A stretch of 53,225 bases of DNA, the filler included, from Squatina squatina (lineage: Eukaryota), in assembly GCA_031763465.1 (NCBI GenBank). It is 3 parts of 3 records of this genome, joined end to end, with 100 filler letters (N's around TTAATTAATTAA, not from the genome) between each part and the next. Parts side by side here need not be neighbours in the genome. Positions count along the whole stretch, not along the records: positions 33,427 to 53,225 come from JARFOE010000057.1; 2 more parts are not named here. One strand, given 5' to 3'. The translations under genes and the position numbers were made by a program. Every line of letters begins with the position of its first letter. Positions within the stretch are counted from its first letter, which is position 1. Below the pieces are notes generated by a model. That model made no database searches. It had not been told where the DNA came from and saw only the letters and a program-made list of their open reading frames with translations. Below are positions 47,301 through 53,225 of the stretch, piece by piece.

Positions 47301-49184
47301 GTTATGTCCATCCATTCTTGACAAATTAGTATATCACAAGGAAAGAAAATCAATGGAATATTTAAATTTCCTTGGCATGCTCTGCAATTAATCCTTATTG
47401 CTGTTGATTTATGCCATTTCAATACTCTTGTGCTTTTTGACTACAATTTATCTCTGGATTAGTTCTTTTACAAATACCTACAAATAGTTCTGAGATAATC
47501 TCTGACCCTGCCTTGTTCAACTGCCATTTCTTAAATGCATCATAAAACCCTAGGTGCCAAACACAGCTTGTCACATAATAATCCTGACATGCTATGGTCC
47601 TGGAGTTACTTGGCAGCATTTACCCACCCTGATAGAAAGTGGTGGTAGGTCCGGAGTAATGACAGTAATTGCCCCAGTGTGCAGCAGAGGGTAAGAGTCT
47701 ACCTGAGCCCTCCTGACCTTCCAATTTGGACCCCACTCTGTAGGCCTCGATCTCTACTGAGATCGTTGGTGCTCTTCAAGATCCCCTTATCACCTCTTGT
47801 GCTGCCGCAACGGCACCACCAGTGCAGCATTGCTGGAGTTTCCTCAGTGGCATTGGTGGGTTTCCTCCTGGTGGCAGGAATCCTGTCGTTCATTTTTAAA
47901 AATTAGTTCATGGGATGTGGGCGTTGCTGGCAATGCCAGCATTTATTGCCCATCCCTCATTGCCCTTGAGAAGGTGGTGGTGAGTCGCCTTCTTGAACCG
48001 TAGNNNNNNNNNNNNNNNNNNNNNNNNNNNNNNNNNNNNNNNNNNNNNNNNNNNNNNNNNNNNNNNNNNNNNNNNNNNNNNNNNNNNNNNNNNNNNNNNN
48101 NNNATTATTGTATAAGTAGATATTGGGCAGTGAGAGTCAATTCCAGAGCATAAAGGATGTGGGAGCTGCTTAGGAAAGTAATTCATGCCACTGAACCCAG
48201 AAAGGTATCCATGGCAGACCCTAAACTTGTAACACTGTCTAAAGTATAAATTTATCCAAAGTTCAACCATACCTGGAATTGTAACTCAAATCATCCAGTC
48301 CTAATTATGCAGCAATAATAAAACTGTAACAATAATAAGATTGACACATACCTACCACAACACACACTAAACAGAAATCAGGTAGCTCTATAGCAGCCAT
48401 AAGACCCAGTACCATTCTCGCTGATGCATAGCCACTAGTCCCCCATCTTCCTTGAATAAAGATCGAACAATTCCCCAAAAGGAATCACTTAGCATGAAGG
48501 GGAGACTTAGTGGCAAGGCCTGAAGGGGAACAGACTCTCCAGCCTCGTGTGCTCACATTTTATCTAAAGGAATAAGAATGTAACATTTTATCCAAATTCC
48601 TCTTCATTAATCGGCAGAGTTCAATTTGCATCTGGTCACATTTAGCACTTGCCGAGCTCTGGGACTGAAATTTATTTAAGGAAATTACTGCACCACTTGT
48701 ACTTAATGCTTATTAAAAAAAATGAAGATCCATCGGTTGTGTACTTTTCAGTTTTAAGTCTTTGCACAAAAGCCAACATGAAATATCCTGAAGCTCTCCA
48801 ACAGAGGGCAGCCCAGAACAGAGAACATTGAACTTTTGCTACAAAACAGATTTCAGTCCCAGGCTGCCTTCTCTTCAAGTCCATTTGCCTCAGTAATGTG
48901 ACCAATTCCTGGCCAATCAGGACCTTCAAAACTGGAACATCTTGTCTTCTCAGTTTAGAGGAATTTCCAAATCCTCTAATGTCTGATTATTTTCCAAAAT
49001 TTTCCTCAGTTTTGCCTTCCATCCACAAACTTCACACGTTTAAAAGTCAAACTAGGCTAATTAAGTCACTATTTCCTGATTTACCTGTGTTTTTTGATAA
49101 TCCTTTTAAACTTGGACCTGGCCCCTTACCTGGGTTTCTCAACAAAAATAAATAAAAATTGCCTAGGTGAATTAAGACAAATAA

Positions 49185-50080
49185 AGGGCAATTTTAACCT
49201 TGCCCACCTGAATGAAACTGGATGGGTGGGCAGTTAAAATCACCTGGGGTCTCACCCGCCGATGTCCGACTCTCTTCTCACAGGATTTAATTTTAACCTG
49301 CTCTTCTGAGTAAGCGAGGTGGATATCCGAATGACGTTTTTAAAAAAATTATGAGCCTGAGCGGGGCAGCGGTTGTGGCTTCCACACCAGGTCAACCTAG
49401 CAGGAAGAGGAGCCAGGACCAGAAGAGATGCAAACAGGTAAGCATTTTTAACTCCGGTGCCACAGGGAAGATTTAGACCACTCTTGCCTTGTGTCCCCTC
49501 CCCCAATCACGAGGCCCTCCCGAAACCCCATCCCTGTGTCTTAACTGAGTGGCGAGTCTGTTCCTTTGGTCCCCAGCAGAGGCCTCCTGCCCCCCCGATA
49601 CTCTTTTTCCACCCACTGGCCAGGCAACGCTTCCTGCCAGATTTAGGTGGGAAGCTGATCGGGGTCATGCCATAACACCCATCCAGCCAATTCCAGCCTC
49701 AAACTAGAATGGGGCTATAGAGTCATTCTAATCTCAGGGACTCAGGGTCAGAGATGAACTGTCACAAAAAGACATACTGGTCGATTTTGACCCTGCCCAC
49801 TTGGCGGAAACTGGGTTAAGATTGATCTGGAGATTACCTGCCGAAATCCTGCTCCATTCCTGCTGTCTTTCAGCTTAACTTGCTTTTCTGAATAGGTGGC
49901 AAAGACACCCATCTGAAACCTTATGGGACTGCAATTTTAACTGGTGGTCTGAGCAGAGAAGCCAGGAGAGAGGAGCCGGGGCCAGAAGAAGCCCAAACAG
50001 TTTCAGAAACTTTTTTAAAACTTTCCTTGTGAGGCCAGAAGGAGCAAGATAGGTGCAAATCCCTCAGGTAGCTGCATTTG
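49185..50080. mobile_element. Two related MITE-like repeats
   Basis: Similar starts 'attttaaccttgcccacctg' (49190) and 'attttgaccctgcccacttg' (49784) with parallel internal blocks. Confidence 0.5.
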
Positions 50081-52341
50081 TTACAAAACGTAGAATCAAA
50101 TGTATTAATGCTAATGGAATAGATGAATCTATCACAAAACATGAACTGCATATTGTCTATAACTATACTACAGTTAGAAAGCACCACACACAACACCAAG
50201 CGATTAGACCAAATCAGCAGCAATTCTGCAATATGAACAAACAAAAACAGTACACATTACTTTTGTTCTTTTCTCCTGTTGGTAACTTTTTGCCTCACTA
50301 TTACACGTGGCTCATCTGAGAAAGGAGGGATCTGTGCTGCTGCTGATGTATTGGCTAAGATACCCATGGAGGAACTGTGATACAGTTCCCACTACAAATA
50401 CAACATAACATTTAAACCTCTTTTGTAGGTGTACACTTCATTATAACAATGTTTTATAAATTATGAACTCAATTATTACAAAACAGTTTTGATGCAGAGA
50501 ACTCTATGATCATGGAAGAAATGATCTCCTCCCAGTATAAGGGATGCAATAGAGATTTTTTAATCAGTGAATTGTTCTGTACTGTACAGAAACTTTGTGC
50601 CCTCTGTTGAACTCATCCTCTCAATTTTTCTTGTAATAATTNNNNNNNNNNNNNNNNNNNNNNNNNNNNNNNNNNNNNNNNNNNNNNNNNNNNNNNNNNN
50701 NNNNNNNNNNNNNNNNNNNNNNNNNNNNNNNNNNNNNNNNNCAGCACAATGAGGACATTTACAAAAGGGTACAACACAGCAGGGTGGAGGGGACCAATAC
50801 CAGCATAGGATTTACAGAGAGATAAAAGGACAAGATTGCTTTTCACAGATTAATTACAGATTTTGAATAAATTATAATACTTCATTGCTTTGTCATGAAA
50901 AACACCAAGAAACTAATTGGCAGTAAAGCTCATTTAGGACAATTCGAGTGTGTCTGATTTTAATTGCAACATGCAAATTGGATTTTCATGATTAGCCCAA
51001 TGTACCTGGCTACATTTGGAAAATTATCTGAAAAGGCTACCTATGTACCTTTTTAAAGCAATGCACTCCTTCTCTAGATATAAGAAAATAGTTAGAATTA
51101 TACACAGAGCCCTGAATGGCTTACGGTTCATAAATAATAATGATCAATGCCTGATCTGTACTGAGTTAGCTCATCTCTGCTGGGGTGGTAACCGAGAGGT
51201 AACAGTTGGCCTCACTGTCCCTGTGTGGGGGAGAAAATAAACCAGACTGGGTTCCTGCTCACCATGGTCACTATCCAGTGACTCCTGCTAGAAAGTAGAT
51301 ATGTGAGGACATCAGCTGAGGACATTATCAGCCTTGACTGTGATACTGTTCCAGACAAATAGACTGCAGATTCAAGCCAACATTTGAAGAATTGGCTACC
51401 CAGGTGAGGGCTAGTGTCACCGTGTGGACCTGTACCCAAACATTAGTTTGCATCTGCAGATAAGGGAGAAAATTGGCAAAAAAAACTTAGCTTAGGCTTT
51501 CTGATAGCAGTTTCCTCNNNNNNNNNNNNNNNNNNNNNNNNNNNNNNNNNNNNNNNNNNNNNNNNNNNNNNNNNNNNNNNNNNNNNNNNNNNNNNNNNNN
51601 NNNNNNNNNNNNNNNNNATTAGAATGCTAATTCATAATTCACAATACATTATGGAACCTGCTCTCCTTGCAACCTTCAGCAGGCAAGGTTTTAGAAGGCA
51701 CTGGTGGGCATGATCCACTGTAATAGTATTGCTGGTTAATATAGCAAGGGACTGGCTCACAAAGCTTGCTGGCAGTAAGTAAATGTGTCAGCCGGACCAA
51801 TTTAGCACGATCCTGCCATAGGCCTCTTTAGGCGCATGCAGCATAGTCACATAAATGGGAGTTGATCGCAATGTGACGTGCAATTGCAAATTTAGGTGCA
51901 ATTGTTGAAGCATTCCCTATTTTGTTATAGGCAGCTAGTGTTTTTCCTCTGGCTGTTTGAGATGAGGCGTGCAATGAATCGATACTGTGGCCTTATAGCA
52001 AACAGAAAATAGTTGTTATAATGTGGTTTTGGATGACTGCTAAAGTCTACGCAATGCCTAGCAAGCATGCATAAAAAGCAATTTAAACTGTCGTTCACCT
52101 CAAGGGCAGAAATACATTGATTTGCTATATAGCAACTTGTAAAAGAGATTCAATCTCGGTATAGATTAAACAAGTAATGCCTGGCTCAGCTGGCCTTTCA
52201 ACTACCATTTTACTGTGCCCTCATTCTTTCACCATCTTTCATTCTGAATCATCTCATTAGAAGATTTAGAAATCTTTAGAAATAAAGATTTAAGATTCAG
52301 TAGATAATTAAAGGAGTGCTTTAGGATTTGCTTCAATTTAC

Positions 52342-52451
52342 CAATATGTGGAATGGCATATCCTGGTATTGCCATTGCTGAACCAGCCCCAAGAGCAGGT
52401 TGAATTGACCGCTGATATGCCTTTTCCATTGTGTAGAGGTAGGTCGCTCAT
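52342..52451 (-). CDS. Candidate first coding exon of the FRMPD gene (MSDLPLHNGKGISAVNSTCSWGWFSNGNTRICHSTY)
   Basis: ATG 52451 with upstream in-frame TGA, donor TG|GTAAAT phase 2 compatible with exon 42440; possible acceptor at 52498-52497. Confidence 0.35.
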
Positions 52452-53225
52452 TGCTTGTGCTTCTTGTTTGACAGCACTGCTGAATTCAGGAAATCACTGT
52501 GATGGAGGATGAACTCTGGCTTCCAAACATANNNNNNNNNNNNNNNNNNNNNNNNNNNNNNNNNNNNNNNNNNNNNNNNNNNNNNNNNNNNNNNNNNNNN
52601 NNNNNNNNNNNNNNNNNNNNNNNNNNNNNNNTGGGTGACAAATTAATGGAGTTTTTCCATTTTGTGATGTGAAGGTGATGTGATCTGACGTCCTTCTTGA
52701 TGAGGTCAGAAACGAGTGAGGTGTTCTTCATTATTTCTTCCACTGTCACTGGTATTAAACATGGCACCTGATGCCCTGCATGCCTGCACTGGTCTACTTG
52801 GCCACAAGCTATTTCTTTTCAATTACTTTCAGAATGAATCTGGTGCAGAACATATTTGGCAATAATTCATCTCAAATCAAACTAACTCAATGTGCATTAG
52901 TGAACGAGTATGGGCCTAGAAATGTAATTGTGTATTGTCCATTTTATCACCTGGAAAACAGGAGCTGCAAAACCCAACATGGTGTGCGGCACGTGCACAC
53001 TCAGGCCACACCAGCAAATGTGCCGCATGCCATATTGATTAAGGCACTCTGTAGTCATCCAGGGAACCCACCTGAAGCTGATTTTAGACTCAGTGCTTAT
53101 GCAAATTGGATGGCGAGCATCTGTTTCGGGCCCATTTGCAAAAAAATGTTTGCGACTGAGTGCAGCATGTCAGTTTTCTCAGGTACACTGCAGCCAAACC
53201 AATGGTCCTCAAAGGGCTGCTGGAA

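Overview
Eukaryotic DNA, almost certainly a cartilaginous fish (shark-type CR1/HER1 LINE tails, L2 LINE, SacSINE1/Deu-type SINE), from a gappy draft assembly. Two artificial 44N-TTAATTAATTAA-44N spacers (17436-17535, 33327-33426) show that the window is three unrelated scaffolds joined together. Scaffold 1 (1-17435): two exons of FNDC7 (+); then a probable second, tandem FNDC7-like gene (candidate signal exon, 19-nt micro-exon, at least 7 phase-1 Cys-rich FN3 exons); then PRPF38B on the minus strand (three coding exons plus a candidate poison exon). Scaffold 2 (17536-33326): L2/CR1 relics, minisatellites, an LTR-like element, the last two exons of LRRC75B (+), a decayed Charlie/SPIN-type hAT transposase and two SMPD4 exons (+), one of them damaged. 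Scaffold 3 (33427-53225): a PDZ exon of FRMPD3/4 (-), a candidate upstream exon, an orphan truncated ADAMTS17 exon and a decayed PIF/Harbinger transposase. No prokaryote-type system (CRISPR etc.) is present. The best leads are the FNDC7-like paralog (including a paired Cys-to-His replacement in one repeat), the PRPF38B poison-exon candidate and the orphan ADAMTS17 exon. All homology calls come from my recall of protein families, not from a database search, and single-base lesions may be assembly errors.
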